Shown: positions 1 to 14,619 of the stretch, in pieces | How positions within the stretch are numbered: position 1 is the stretch's first letter | How the letters are laid out: the number at the start of each line of letters is the position of its first letter | NCBI RefSeq assembly: GCF_963921235.1 | Contig: NC_086097.1 | Location: 27,840,001 to 27,904,000, forward strand | Direction: 5' to 3' | From: Mobula hypostoma | Taxonomy: Eukaryota | Length of the DNA: 64,000 nucleotides | Notes under the pieces: generated by a model | The model's input: the letters and a program-made list of their open reading frames with translations, nothing else | What the model was told of the DNA's origin: nothing | Database searches by the model: none | Position numbers and translations under genes: made by a program

Positions 1-272
1 GTGGAATCATTAAAGAGGTATTTAGACAGGCAAAGAAGACCATTTACAGTGAGATGAGATTGGCATCATGGTCAGCACAGACAGGCTGGGCCAAAAGGCC
101 TGTTCCTGGGCTGTATTGTTCTATGTTCCTCACTTTACAAATGCTGCCTAGCCTGTTGAGTATTCCCAACATTCTCTGTCTTAAGAGAGGAACCTACCTC
201 TAAAAGCAGGTAGGGAGTAATGAAGAGGGAGGACAATGATGCAAATGGTCAGGAGGGGAAAACTGGTAACTA

Positions 273-476
<204 letters not shown>

Positions 477-497
477 TCAAGTTTAAATCTTAAAAAG

Positions 498-1043
498 CAT
501 AGAAAATAGAAGACATAGAAAACATAGAGCACAATACAGGCCCTTCGGCCCACAAAGCTGTGCCAAACATGTTCCTGCCTTAGAACTGCCTAGGCTTTAC
601 CCATAACCCTCTATTTTTCTAAGCTGCATGTACCCATCCAGGAGTCTCTTAAAAGACCCTATTGTTTCTGCCTCCACCACCGCCGCCAGCAGCCCATTCC
701 ACGCACTCATCACTCTTTGCTTAAAAAACTTACTCCTAACATCTCGCTGTACCTAGTTCCAAGCACCTTAAAACTGTGCCCTCTCGTGCCAGCTATTTCA
801 GCCCTGGAGAAAAGCCTCTGACCATTCACACGATCAATGCCTCTCATTATCTTGTACGCCTCTATCATGTCACCACTCATTCTCCGCTGCTCCAAGGAGA
901 AAAGGCTGAGTTCACTCAACCTATTCTCATAAGCCATGCTCCCTAATCCAGGCAATATCCTTGTAAATCTCCTCTGCACCCTTTCTATGATTTCCACGTC
1001 CTTCCTATACTGAGGCGACCAGAACTGAGCACAGTACTCCACT
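498..1043 (-). mobile_element. CR1-type LINE 3' fragment
   Basis: ORF 710-1042 EYCAQFWSPQYRKD..ERVQRRFTR matches the CR1 RT C-terminus; TTCTATG-like tail repeats. Confidence 0.85.
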
Positions 1044-1467
1044 GTGGAGGCAGGAGTATTATTTTTACTGTGCTGAATAGGTTTAGATCCATGACAATAT
1101 TTGTAAGCAAATCACTATTTTTCTCTAAGTATGGGATGCTTAAACAACTGGCTTGTCTACAAATAAATGCAGGTAGACAATAAAGTGCAAGTTTTACAAC
1201 AAGGTACATTGTGAGGTCAGGAGACAGTCTTATCACAGTAGGGGAATCAAAATCAAGTTTAAGTATCACTGGCCTATGTCATGAAAATTGTTGTTTTGCA
1301 GCAGCAATACACTGCAATACATAATAAAAAACTATAAATTACAGTAAGTATACACATAAAAATTAAATTCAGATAAATATGATCAAAAAGTGAGGTAGTG
1401 TTTATGGATTCATTGTCCAATAATCATATAATAGGGGGATAGAAGTTATCCCTTGTGCCTAGTTGTA

Positions 1468-2357
1468 CAGTCGGCCCTTCTTATCCACGAGTTCCACATA
1501 CATGAATTCAATCAACCGCGAATCGAGAAAACCCGGAAGTGCTCTTCCAGCACTTGTTGTTCGAGCATGTACAGACTTCTTTTTCTTGTCATTATTCCCT
1601 AAACAATGCAGTATAACAACTATTTTACATGGCATTTACATTCATTAGGTATTATAAGTAATCTAGAGACGATTTAAAGTATACGGGAGGATGTGTGTAG
1701 GTTATTGTGGAGCGGGATCGAAAAAAAAACGGAAGTTCTCTTACTAAGTAAGTTGGAACAGGTACATCTGGTATTATTTAGCGTCAGTTAGTCAAACGTT
1801 TGTCTTAGTATATACTTTATCTTTCTATGCATATAAAACACTTAAGAAACGTATGTTTCAGCACCGGGCTCGAGTTTGATCCAGTGACAGACCGCTCCTG
1901 AGCACGCTGTCCATGCCTGCCGGGTTGATGTGAAGGATCAAAAACCCAAACCCAAAAATTAAACCACTGCGTTGCTTAGTAATAATTGTAGCTTTAATCG
2001 GGGCAGGGCTTTTCTCACTTTATCCTTTAAAATTGATCCGATCGTTGACCGACTGTAGCCTAATGCTTCTCCAATGACCGATTGTGTTTCACCTCCTTCC
2101 AATTGCTTTATTATTTCCACTTTATTTTAAATCACGATCGAGATTATTTTCGTGAACAGAAACACTGCGGATTCAGAGCTCCGACGTCAGGTCCTAATGT
2201 CCACCGCACTGAGACAGGTTAAATAAGATCCGGGGTTCCGCTGGGTCCTAAGGTCCACCGAATTTAGACAGGTTGAATAAGGGACTTGAGCATCCACATT
2301 TTTTGGTATCCGCGAGGGGTCTGGAACCAATCCCTCTCCATTAAGGAGGGCCAACTG
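1468..2357. mobile_element. Tigger/pogo-type non-autonomous DNA transposon
   Basis: TIRs CAGTCGGCCCTTCTT / AAGGAGGGCCAACTG with TA on both sides; shares internal sequence with 20960-22525. Confidence 0.85.
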
Positions 2358-3079
2358 TACATGCTTGCAGGCTTTTGTGCCTTCTGTCCGATGGGTGGGG
2401 AGATGAGGGAATATATGGGGTGGGTAGGTCTTCAGTTATCTTGGCTACTTTACTATGGTAGTGAGAAATATAGACAGAGACTATGGAGGGGAGGCTGGTT
2501 GCCGTGATGTTCTGAGCTATGTCCATAGCTCTCTGTAGTTTCTTGCAGTCACGGAAACAGCAGTTGCCACACCAAGCTGTGATGCATCCAGATAGGATGC
2601 TTTCTATGGTACATCAATAAAAATTAGTGAGGTTCAATGGGGACATGCCAAATTTATTTAGTCTCCTGAGAAAGGAGAGGCACCAATGAGCTTTCTGTGG
2701 CATCTAAGTGGTTGGAGCAGGATAGGATATTTGTGTTGTTCACTCCAAGGAACTTCAATCCTATACTAATTCCATTATTTGAATCTCCCCACATGTCCAT
2801 AAACCTCCTGCTACCTACCACCCACAATGCTACAGTGGCTAATGAGCCTACAGGCCCGCACACCATTGGATGTGGCAGGAAACTGGACGATTCAGACACA
2901 TATCACATGTAGTCACATGGACAACATGCAAGCTCCACTAAGACAGCTGGAACTATTACATTAACTACAGTGCTACTGTGCCACCAAAGCTTTATTTATC
3001 CACCCATATTTATTTCAAGTAGCCACATTTAGTTTCCCAGATGCCATAGTGGGGTTTGATCTCATGCCTTTGGATCATA

Positions 3080-4141
3080 ATAGTCATAATCATAGTCATA
3101 CTTTATTGATCCCAGGGGAAATTGGTTTTCGTTACAGTTGCACCATAAATAATTAAATAGTAATAAAACCATAAATAGTTAAATAGTAATATGTAAATTA
3201 TGCCAGGAAATAAGTCCAGGACCAGCCTATTGGCTCAGGGTGTCTGACCCTCCAAGGGAGGAGTTGTAAAGTTTGATGGCCACAGGCAGGAATGACTTCC
3301 TATGACGCTCTGTGTTGCATCTCGGTGGAATGAGTCTCTGACTGAATGTACTCCTGTGCCCACCCAGTACATTATGTAGTGGATGGGAGACATTGTCCAA
3401 GATGGCAAGCAACTTGGACAGCATCCTCTTTTCAGACACCACCGTGAGAGAGTCCAGTTCCATCCCCACAACATCACTGGCCTTATGAATGAGTTTGTTG
3501 ATCCTGTTGGTGTCTGCTACCCTCAGCCTGCTGCCCCAGCACACAACAGCAAACATGATAGCACTGGCCACCACAGACTCGTAGAACATCCTCAGCATCG
3601 TCCGGCAGATGTTAAAGGACCTCAGTCTCCTCAGGAAATAGAGACGGCTCTGACCCTTCTTGTAGACAGCCTCAGTGTTCTTTGACCAGTCCAGTTTATT
3701 GTCAATACGTATCCCCAGGTATTTGTAATCCTCCACCATGTCCACACTGACCCCCTGGATGGAAACAGGGGTCACCGGTACCATAGCTCTCCTCAGGTCT
3801 ACCACCAGCTCCTTAGTCTTTTTCACATTAAGCTGCAGATAATTCTGCTCACACCATGTGACAAAGTTTCCTACCGTGGCCCTGTACTCAGCCTCATCTC
3901 CCTTGCGGATGCATCCAACTATGGCAGAGTCATCAGAAAACTTCTGAAGATGACAAGACTCTGTGCAGTAGTTGAAGTCCGAGGTGTAAATGGTGAAGAG
4001 AAAGGGAGACAAGACAGTCCCCTGTGGAGCCCCGGTGCTGCTGATCACTCTGTTGGACACACAGTGTTGCAAGCACACGTACTGTGGTCTGCCAGTCAGG
4101 TAATCAAGAATCCATGATACCAGGAAAGCATCCACCTGCAT
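3080..4141 (-). mobile_element. Rex1/Babar-like LINE, 5'-truncated, open RT C-terminal frame
   Basis: GAPQGTVLSPFLF..KFSDDSAIVG..KYLGIRIDNKLDW; TATGAC-type tail; near-identical copy at 40086-40734. Confidence 0.85.
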
Positions 4142-5673
4142 CCACAATGCAGTGTACCCCCATGTGACAGCGAATTCCATTCCCAAAAAAGCAGTCTGTA
4201 TTGCAAACCCCCCCCACCCAAGAGGGTGGTGAATCTGTGGAATTCATTGCCAGATTGGTTGTGGAGCCCAAGTCATTGGTCATTGGGTATTTTTTTAGAG
4301 GAGGTTGATAGATTCTTGGTTAGTAAGAGCGTCAAAAGTTAGGGGCTGAAGGCAGGAGAATGCAGTTGAGAGCGATAATAAATCAGCCATGACAGAAGGG
4401 CAGAGCAGACTCGATGAGCCAAATGGCCTAATTCTGTGTCATATGGTCTTGTGATTATAAATGGGGATATATTCCTACTGGAAGCTTTTCTCTCAACAGC
4501 AATGCCACAGTTTTGCACCTTCTACAAATAAGAGAATTCTAACTGCAGAAGAAAAAAAACCTTCGTTGTTTTAATTAACTACAAACGATGTTACATAAAG
4601 TATCATTGTACACTATCAACAAAAAAAACTGCCTTGTTAGTTTCCAAAGCAAAGCTCTTAAGCGGCCTCTTGTTGCCCTTTGTAAACCAGTTCAGTTCTC
4701 TACATTCATTTTGCATTTTCTTTTCCATATAAATTCCATACAAATGAATTTTTATTCTGGATCTAAATTCCCTTAGTCGTGATTTGTGAATTACCTCAAA
4801 CTGCCGTAACAGCGGGATACACTATCCACATGCACTTTTCTCAGAGGGGCTGCAAGGACACACTAGATTCAACACTGGCTGGCTGCAGAGCTGAAAGGTG
4901 AAGAGCTCTGGCAGATCAGGATTCCGTCCCCAACCCACTCTCTCCAGCTTCAGCAATATGTTTTCTCAGCCAAGCTGTAAAACTACCAGGATATAAATGC
5001 TGTACAATAATCTGAGTGAGTGTTAAATCCACAATAGATCTTAAAATGGGAATAACAGGGATAAAGACACAAGCCCATTCGACATAGCAGCAGAATTAGG
5101 CCATTCGGTCCATTTACTCTGCACAGCCATTCCATCATGGTGGATTTGGTATCCCTTTTAACCCCATTCTCCTGCCTTCTCCCACCTATCCACATAAATG
5201 AATAACACCCAGTCCTGCCTCTATGTTCAGTTTATTGTTTCTAATCATGTTTTTATAGAAATCAATGAAAAATAAGCATCTGTATTCCCTGGACAATAGA
5301 TAAGAAGCATGAATAGAGTGGACAGCACAGAGACTTTTTCTCTGAGCAGAAATGGCCAATACAAGAGTCCATAATTTTAAGGTAAGTGGAGGCAAATATG
5401 GGGGGGGGGAATGTTAGAAGTTTTTTCCCCCCACAGACAGTAGTAGGTCCATGGAATGTGCTGCTGGGGTAGTGGTAGAGGTAGGTACATTTAGGTCGTT
5501 TACTAGATTCTTAGATAGGAACATGAAAATGGAGGTGTATGTGGCAGGGAAGGATTAGATTGATCTTAAAGTAGGTTAAAAGGTTGATGTAACATCAACG
5601 GCTGCAGAGCTGTACTCTGCTGTATACTCCTGCGTTCTAGGCTCTATGTTCTATATCAGCCCAGGTCTTGCTA

Positions 5674-5874
<201 letters not shown>

Positions 5875-7204
5875 CTACAGAAGAACAGAAGGTGAGAAAA
5901 TAGAAACAGGACTATTAATAAATGTTGTTAGCCAGTAATAGTATAATGTTCAAGGAAGTATTCATGCAAAATTTCCTCTATCACATAATTGTTGCAAAAA
6001 TAACATTATAAACTGTAAAGGAGGATAATTTTTTGTCTTTCTAAAAACCATCAATTCACTAAAAATATCAATTACATCAGTGATTTTTGATTCAAAATCA
6101 TATTATAAGCACCTGGTTATTTTAGAGAACAGTTTAAAAATGGTAGAGATATATTTGAAGTGATGTGATCCATAGTCTGTTCACACTCTCAGCACTAATG
6201 CAATTATTTTAATTTACAAATGCCAAATGATAAACACCAATGCATATTACCAAGCACTTCCCATTGCTTCAGTATACACATAACCTCAACTTTAGCTTAA
6301 GACCATAAGACATGGAAGCAGAATTAGGTCATTGAATCCATTGAGTCTACTCTGCCATTGCTACTAACTGAAAATGATCCCTGCAGAGCATTACAAGGAG
6401 TCCTCCGTTCAGCTACTACCACTCATAGATTCACTGTAAAAACCATCGTAACATTTCTACAGTTGTGGGGGCCGAGTTATTGGGTATATTTAAAGCGGCA
6501 GTTGATAGGTTCTTGATTGAGAAGGATGTTGGGGGTTGCAGCAAGAGGATGAGAAAATGGGGTTGACAGGGGTAATAAATCAGACATGATGAAATGGTGG
6601 AGCAGACTTAATGAGTCAAATGGCCTAATTCTGCCCCTATGTCTTATGGTGCTGATTAAAGGCCTGCGGCTGACCAGCCTTGATCAGATTAAACAGTGAG
6701 GCAGATTTGAGGGGCTGAATGTTCTACCCCTGATCCTATTTCTTGTGGGAAAAATATTTGGGAAGATTATAAGGTGATGGGGAAGGCAGAGGGTAGAGAA
6801 GGGCAACACTGTTGAATAAGAGCCAATAAAGGCTGAAGCGATAAATTTATTTTCTAGAGTATTTTCTATGACTATCGGAAAAATCAACTTTTTTAACAGC
6901 AAGGTGTCCTGCCTAAAGATAGTTCATCTTCTCATCGAATGGTAAAATAGCAAATTGGTTTAGATCTTAGAGGTGAAGTTTAGAAGAATGAGGGGGATCT
7001 CATTGAAATGTACTGAATATTGAAAGGCCTAGATAGAGCAGATGTGGACAGGGTGTTTCCGATAGTGGGGGAGTCTAGGACCGGGGGAATAGCCTCAGAA
7101 TAGAAGGACATCCTTTTATATGTCAGGGGGCAGTGAATCTGTGGAATTCATTGCCACTGATGGCTGTGGAGGTCAAGTCATTGGGTATATTTAAATTGGA
7201 GGTT

Positions 7205-7430
7205 TAAACCCAGGTTCAATTCCCATTACTGCCTGTAAAGCGTTTGTACATTCTCCCCATGACCATGTGGATTTTCTTCGGGTGCTCCAGTTTCTTCCCA
7301 CAGTCCAAAGATGTACCGGTTGGTAGCATAATTGGTCATTGTAAAATTGTCCCATGATTAGGCTAGGATTAAATCGGGATTGCTGGGTGGTGTTGCTCGA
7401 GGGGAAGGAATGGCCTACTCCGTGCTGTAT
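7205..7430 (+). mobile_element. tRNA-derived V-SINE-like element nested in a CR1 tail
   Basis: B-box-like GGTTCAATTCC and core GGGTGCTCCAGTTTCTTCCCACAGTCCAAAGA; related remnants near 17620-17830, 30330-30550, 37020-37250 and 37725-37840. Confidence 0.65.
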
Positions 7431-7649
7431 AAAACTATAACTGAGTGGAGGAGCAGACTAGATGGGTCGAATGGCCTAACATTGCTCCTCGTGTCTTATG
7501 GGTTCCTGCAAAATCCCAATGTTTATTGTGTATGACTATGATATGATACAGTCTATAGACATCTGGCTTTGCACAGCTTGGTTCTGTACCTTTAAGGCAC
7601 AAATTAGCATTTATTTAATTAGGACTAGAATATTAAAGCAACAATGCTA

Positions 7650-8560
7650 AGGGCTCTGATGGGTGGAAGCGAGACCCCAATAATCCTATCAGCAGTCCTC
7701 GCAATCCTCTATAGGGACTTGTGGTCAAATGCCTTGCAATTCCCATACCAGACAGTGATGCAGCTGGTCAGAGCATTCTCAATGGTGCTGCTGTAAAAAA
7801 ATAGCTAGAATGGGGTGGGGGAAGGAGGGAGGCTCACTCTCCTCAGGAAGTGGAGATGTTGCTGTGCTTTCCTTACCAAAGGGGTGGTGTTGAGGGGCCA
7901 AGTAAGATCATCCACCATGTGCACTCCCAGGAATTTGGTGCTCCTAACTCTCTCCACGAAGGAGCCATTTATGTGCAGTGAGAAGTGGTCAACCTGCACC
8001 TCCTAAAGTCCACAATCATCTCTTTAACCTTGTCCACATGAAGTCTCAAGTTGTTGTGCCTGTACCACTCCACCAGCCGCTCTACCTCCTTTCTGTAATG
8101 CAGTCTCACAGCCATCGACAAGGCCAATCACTGCTGAATCATCAGTGAACTCGATGATTTGGTTTGAACTGGATCGAGAAGTACTGTCATACTGGATCAA
8201 GAAGTACTGTCATACTGGATCAAGAAGTACTGTCATGCGTCAGCAGCGTAAACAACAGCAGGCTGAGAATGCAGCCCTGAAGGAGGTACCAGTGCTCAGC
8301 ATGATGGAGCTAGGGTCATTGCAGTCAAACCAGACTGACCAATCTTTTAATCAAGTAACAGAGAGAAGTGTTGAGACCCAACAAGGACAGTTTACCCACC
8401 AGCTTCTGAGGGATTATTGTATTAAATGCCGAGCTGAAGTCAATAACAGCATCCTAGCATATGAGGCACCGTTTTCCAAGTGGGACAGGATGAAATGGAG
8501 GGCAGAGGCTATGGTATCATCAGTGGACCAACTTGAGCGATAAGTAATTGGAAAGGGTCC
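7650..8560 (-). mobile_element. Degraded Rex1/L2-like LINE RT fragment
   Basis: ORF 7805-7999 VERVRSTKFLGVH..DDLTW..KAQQHLHFLRR. Confidence 0.7.
8168..8236. repeat. 23-bp tandem repeat, 3 copies
   Basis: ACTGGATC(G/A)AGAAGTACTGTCAT three times, head to tail. Confidence 0.9.
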
Positions 8561-8947
8561 AAGGTAGCAGGAAGATGGAAGATGGGAGATAGTTCAGCAA
8601 GGCAAAGACCACAATGTTCACTATATTTTCTTTGTTCTAATTGTATTTGCTATTTGTAAAAAAATTTGTATAATCTATAATTATGTATTTCTTGTACAAG
8701 TTGCTTACATGATGCTGTGATGTGGGTGCAAGTAAGCATTTCATTGTACTTGTGCATATAATAATAAACGACTTTGACTCTCAGGCTTTTGGATTACAAC
8801 AAACTACCCATGCAGTACAATTTATATTTTTTAACTGTTGGTTAGGGTAAGGAGCTTTTTGGAGCACTAATATACAAAACATACAATGGCAGTTTATAGC
8901 AAGAGCATCAAATTTAATGTGCAGCAAATAGGTTGAAGTAAAGACTA

Positions 8948-9896
8948 AACATGAGAAATTCTGCAGATGCTGGAAATCCAAAGCAACACACACAAAATGC
9001 TGGAGGAACTCAGCAAGTCAGGTAGCATCGATGGAAACGAATCAACAGTCGCTGTTCGGGCCAACACATTTCATCAGTACTGGAAAGGAAGGGGAAAGAC
9101 TCAAGAATTAATTTAAAAGGTGGAAGGAGGGGAAGCAGGATAGCTAGAAGGTGACAGGTGAAGCCAGGTGGGTAGGAAAGGTAAAGGGCTAGAGAGGAAG
9201 GAATGCTATAGGAGAATAGAGTGGACCAGAGGCAAAGGGCGAGGAGGGAACCCTAGGGAAGGTAGGAAGCTAGAGTGGGGAATAGAAGAGAGGAGGAGAG
9301 AGGAATTTTTTTAAACCGAAAGGACAAATCGACATTCTTGCCATCATGTTGGAGGCTACCCAGGCAGAATAAGGTGTTGCTCCTCTATGGTGAGGGTGGC
9401 CTCATCCTGCGCAAGAGGAGGCCATGGACTGATATGTTGGAACAGGAATGGGAAATGGAATAAAAATGTTTCGCCACCAGAAAGTTCTGCTTGAGGCACT
9501 TGACAAAGTGGTCCTCCAATTTATGACGGGTCACCAATCTAGAGGAGCACCAGACACAATAGATGACCCCAGCAGATTTGCTGGTGAATTGTTGCCTCAT
9601 CGGGAAGGATTGTTTGGGGCGCTGAATGGAGGTGAGGGAGAAGGTGAACATGTGGGTGTAGCACTTTAGCTGCTTGCAGGAATAAGTGGTGGGAAAAAGT
9701 TCAATGGGGAGGGAAAATTGGACAAGGAAATCATGGAGGGCGTGATCCTCTGGTAAGTGGGGGGTGGGTTGGGGGGAAGAGAACTGTTCCTTTTCAGTCC
9801 TGAACAAATGCCTTGGCCCAAAACTTCGACTGTTTATTCATTTCCATAGATGCTGCCTGACCTGCTGAGTTTCTCCAGCATTTTGTGTGTGTTGCT
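8948..9896 (-). mobile_element. Penelope-like element fragment with inverted 5' end
   Basis: GIY-YIG remnant (AGVIYCVWCS, ORF 9385-9807); termini are inverted copies; TSD TTGAA(G/A)TAAAGACTA at 8933-8947 and 9897-9911. Confidence 0.8.
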
Positions 9897-11178
9897 TTGA
9901 AATAAAGACTATCCTGCCTGCAAAAATAGATGTGACTAGCAAAGAAGTATTTAAAATGAGAGCATAAATACATGATTTGCTTTCAAAGTCTAAACAGTGG
10001 CTTAGGTATTGGTATTGGTTTATCATTAATCAAAGATGGTGCCAAGCTACAACTTCCGTTGAGTCACAGCTCAGATTTATTGTACTTTAAATTGTTTTTT
10101 CTTAGGTTTGCAAGGGTTATTTTGGGGACAGGGAGAGGAGTTAGGTAACAAGTTAGGGATGTGGAGGAACTGGAGGTCGGTCCAGTGTCTAAGTCTCAGC
10201 TCCACATTTGAAGACCGGCGATGCAGACATGGGAAATCTGCGCTCGAATATCAGATGTTGGACTGGCAGATAGAGGATGGGCCCCACACCCACCCCAGGT
10301 CAGCAAGCTGTCAGCTTGTTCCAGAGCTGCAGTTTCTATGCAGGCAGGAGGAACAAGTTCTGATGACTCCCTGGGTTTGCAAATTGATGAGATCACAGTT
10401 CAAAGCCTACGGTATGGGGTCCCATCATCTGTGAGTCTGGAGCTCAACCTCTAGTGTTTGGTGATTGGTGTGTCATAAGATCACTGCAGAGGGCCATAAG
10501 ACATAAGAGTAGAATTAGGCCATTTGGCCCATCTAGTCTGCTCCGATGATCGAATTGGAAGTTGAGGCACATTGGCCATAGTCGAGTCTGCAAATCCCTT
10601 AGTTCACAAATTCCTGAGAGTCCGCTGGGGAGGTCGAAGCCCGGTGTCTGCAGGGCCCAAGTCAATGTCTGGTGGAGGCTGGAACCTTGGCCTGTTCTGC
10701 AGTTAAAGGACTATATATGTGTGTGGGTGGGGGAGGGGGAGAGAAGAGGATCAGGGCCTGTTTTTGCTGTTGCTGTATCGTTGTTTGTGTTCTGAGTTGT
10801 TCTACCAAGCACGTAGGTATGCTATGTTGGTGCCAGAAAGTGTGGCAACACTTGTAGTCTGCCCCCTAGTACACCCTTAGGTGTATTGATTATTAACGCA
10901 AACAACACATTTCACTGTACGTTTCAATGTACATGTCACAAATAAACTTCAGTCTTGAATCTTATTATTGTCATATGTACAAAAATACAGTGAAAGGCTA
11001 GTCTTGCATACTGTTTATGCAGTTCGAATCATTACATTAGAGCTAGAATAAGGTACAATAAAGTATAAAAACTACTGAAAGGGAGCAGTGTAGGTAAACA
11101 ATAACGTGTAAGATCGTAATGAGGTAAATTGAGGTAATAAAGTAGATTCTATTGTAAGAAGCAAATCTAATCAGATCT

Positions 11179-11358
11179 AGGAAGAGGTGCAGTCGACGTT
11201 TCAGGCCAAGACCCTTCGTCAGGACTAGTCCTGACAAAGGGTCTCGGCCTGAAACGTCGACTGCACCTCTTCCTAGAGATGCTGCCTGGCCTGCTGCGTT
11301 CACCAGCAACTTTTATGTGTGTTGCTTGAATTTCCAGCATCTGCAGAATCCCTGTTGT
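11179..11358 (+). mobile_element. Miniature Penelope-like insertion (palindromic double hammerhead)
   Basis: 13-bp TSD TCTAATCAGATCT at 11166-11178 and 11359-11371; 51-bp arms 11176-11226 / 11227-11277 with 2 mismatches. Confidence 0.85.
11191..11226 (-). ncRNA. Minimal type-I hammerhead ribozyme motif
   Basis: Minus strand reads AGUC-CUGACGA-A-GGGU-CUUG-GCCU-GAAA-C-GUC-GACU: stem I AGUC/GACU, catalytic core, short stem II, ACGU palindrome in place of stem III. Confidence 0.7.
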
Positions 11359-12279
11359 TCTAATCAGATCTGTTGAGTTCTTCGAGGTTTATTTTGAGTG
11401 GAAAATTTCTGATAGCAGAGCACTAACGAGCAAAAAAATAGGTTACCCAGAACCAAAGTGAACAGGATAATTTTTTATAAAACAGAAAATCTGCAGATGC
11501 TGGAAATCCAAGCAACACACACAAAATGCTGGAGGAACTCAGCAGGCCAGGCAGCATCTATGGAAAAGAGTACAGTCAACGTTTCAGGCCGAGACCTTTC
11601 ATCAAGACATCAGGATCATTTTACTCTTTTTTATCACAATGTGCCAATGCACCCTACCAACACTGTGAATTTAGGTCTCTGCTGGGAACTGACATTAACT
11701 GCTCCATTTTTGTTCATGGACCTCTCAGATCCCTCTCATCATCTCCTGCAGAGTCTAAGGTAACAAGCTCTTAAAACAAAATACAGAATAGATATCCGTT
11801 GAGTAATTGGTTTAGAGGACCAATGGCACTAAAATGAATCACTAATACAGGGCTGCATCAAGTACTTCGGTACACAAAAATAGCAAATCATGGAATTCAA
11901 TGCAAAGAGAGCGAGTTGATGTTTTTGCATAGACAATGATAGATTGGTGCAGACAAGACAGTAGATGCTTACTTGAGTGGTGCCTTGTGACTGCCTCATC
12001 TGCAGTTGAGGTAGAAAACATACACAAATGATACTAATACTACTTGTCTCATTTGCATTTGGACAGAACATTGTGACCTACTGAAGTACCACAAGACATA
12101 CTTAGAATCTGGTAATATAAATCTACTCAAGGTGATGATAACAAGGACTTTGCAAACTATTTGTATATAAACAATAACTTTTATTGTATTGAAGTACCTT
12201 ATAAATAGGAAAAGGTTATTAAAATGAGGCTTAAGAGAAAGTGGAAGGTGATAAGGTATTGTTGAAGGGACATATTTTG

Positions 12280-12850
12280 AGATGCACACACAAAATGCTG
12301 GAATTCAGCAAGCCAGGCAACATCAGTGGAGCAATATAAACAGTCAATGCGTACTGGAAAGGAAGGGTGAGACCAGGTGAGGGAAAAGGTTGGTGGTGGT
12401 GGAGGTTGATGTGATAAGCTGTGAGGAGATATGTGGGAAGAGGTAAAGGGCTATGAAAGAAATTTAATAGGAGAGAATCTCAACCCAAAGCATCAACTAC
12501 TTTTTTCCATAGATGCTGTCTAGCCTGCTGAATTCCTCCAGCATTTTGTATGTGTTGCTTGGATTTCCAGAGTCCCTGGATTCTGTAGATCTGTAGAGTT
12601 TGTAATAGGAGAGGATAGTGGACCATGGAAGAAATAGGAGGAGGAGGGGAACCAGAGGCAGGTGATGGCAGGTGAGCAGAAGGTCCTCACCTTCTTATTC
12701 TGGCTTCTGCCTTTTTATTTTCTATACTCTGATGAAAGCTCTTAGCCCAAAACATTGACTTTTTATTTCCCTCCACAATGCTGCCTGGCCTGCTAAGTTC
12801 TTCCAACATTATGTGTGTGCTGATCAGCATCTGTGGAATCCCTTGTACAT
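12280..12850. mobile_element. Degraded, nested Penelope-like terminal fragments
   Basis: CACACAAAATGCTGG and GATGCTGCCTGGCCTGCT motifs in both orientations; decayed CTGATGA core near 12729; a similar minus-strand end lies at 11480-11610. Confidence 0.65.
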
Positions 12851-13461
12851 CTGCATTTTGTGATGGTTGTAAGGAAGAACGTTGAAAGGTGGAAGAGTTC
12901 AGGAAGAGGTGGGAGTAGGTCTTGAGTGGGAAGAATGAAGGAGGAACCCATGTTGACTACACTTAACTTCAAACACTGTTAGACACAGGGTGGGGAAAAT
13001 CAAGGAAACATTAAAGGGAAATAATATCAAACAAACTTGTCACAAGCAATTACATCATTGAAATTAAAAATGCAGACCTGCACTACATGGACTAACATTG
13101 CAACCAAATTCTCTGAGATTAGATTTGAACGTTCTGTGTAAAATCACCAAGTCTTAAAGCCATGAGTTCTATAAACACCTGGCCATAAAGTAGTAGTGTT
13201 GTTCACTTTTTTGGCTGATTATGGCAATATATTTGACAGAGAGAACAGATTGAAAGTTATTTTTGTGAAGCAATGATGCTCGTCAAACTTTCGAGTCATA
13301 TACAGCAATTGTGCGACAGTACCACCAGATCTAGATTTACAGCACTCTTCACCATTGAAGTCAGCTGGGCATCAGAAACTTTGAAGGTGAAAAGGCTGTG
13401 GGATGGGGCGGCACATACCAGAGAAAGGTACAGTCAAGGGGAAAGGTAAGTACAGAAATTA

Positions 13462-13749
<288 letters not shown>

Positions 13750-14619
13750 TCAATAACTTGCTCATTGTGCTTGACTGACTGTTACTAATTTTCACTGAAA
13801 CAATAAAGATTTTGTTTCTTCACATTTTTCACAAATGCTAATACGTAAAGCAAGTCAAACACCCAAATACATTGTAAGTCTGCCTTCAGTCTGATGGCAG
13901 CAGCTAATTAAAGTTATTTCTCCCTATTTCATGGGCAAGACATTTGAAGTGCAGTCTTTTGATCAAATCATACGATGAGAGAAATAAAAAGTTGGATACT
14001 TGGAGAGACTTGAAAGCGAATTTGCTCTTCTTTTGCACTGAGGAGATTAAGACTGGTAAGAGGTATTCAAAACTGTAAAGGTCATCAACGAAGCACAGAG
14101 ATTTAAGATTATTAGAAAAAGAGCCAAGGATGAGATGAGCACCAATTTTCTTACACAGTGAATTGTTTCTACCTGAAATGTGCTGTTAGAAAGGGAGATG
14201 AAATCAAATTCAAAATTGACTTTCAAAGGAGGTTCTTAAAATTTTACATATCATTGAATCATAGAGAAACAGAACGGAAGCAGGCCATTCAGCCCACCAG
14301 AGCCTGTGCTGACCATCAAGCACCAATTTCTATAGTAATTGTACCCTAATCCATGTCTATGGGTAATAGGTGTGGGATAAAGTGGACAACTTGTTAATGC
14401 AAACAATACATTTCACTGTATATTTCTATGTACACACGATAAATAAATCTAATCTGAAAACCCAGTTAAATATAAACTGGGGGAAGGAAGCAAGATTGTT
14501 TGGAATTTTTTTTTGGTCTATTTGTTCTTGCATAAAACACACAAAGCAACTAATGACTTCAATTCCCTTTTTAAACAAAAATCGCAAGGCATTAATCCAG
14601 GATTAATGCAATTTTAATA

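Noticed and set aside
4780..4990. Possible ancient SINE or conserved non-coding element (similar impression at 13280-13420 and 51290-51420)
   Set aside because: Only a vague resemblance; it cannot be supported without an alignment search.
8168..8236. 23-bp repeat as a possible CRISPR array
   Set aside because: The units are contiguous with no spacers, lie inside a LINE remnant, and the context is eukaryotic.
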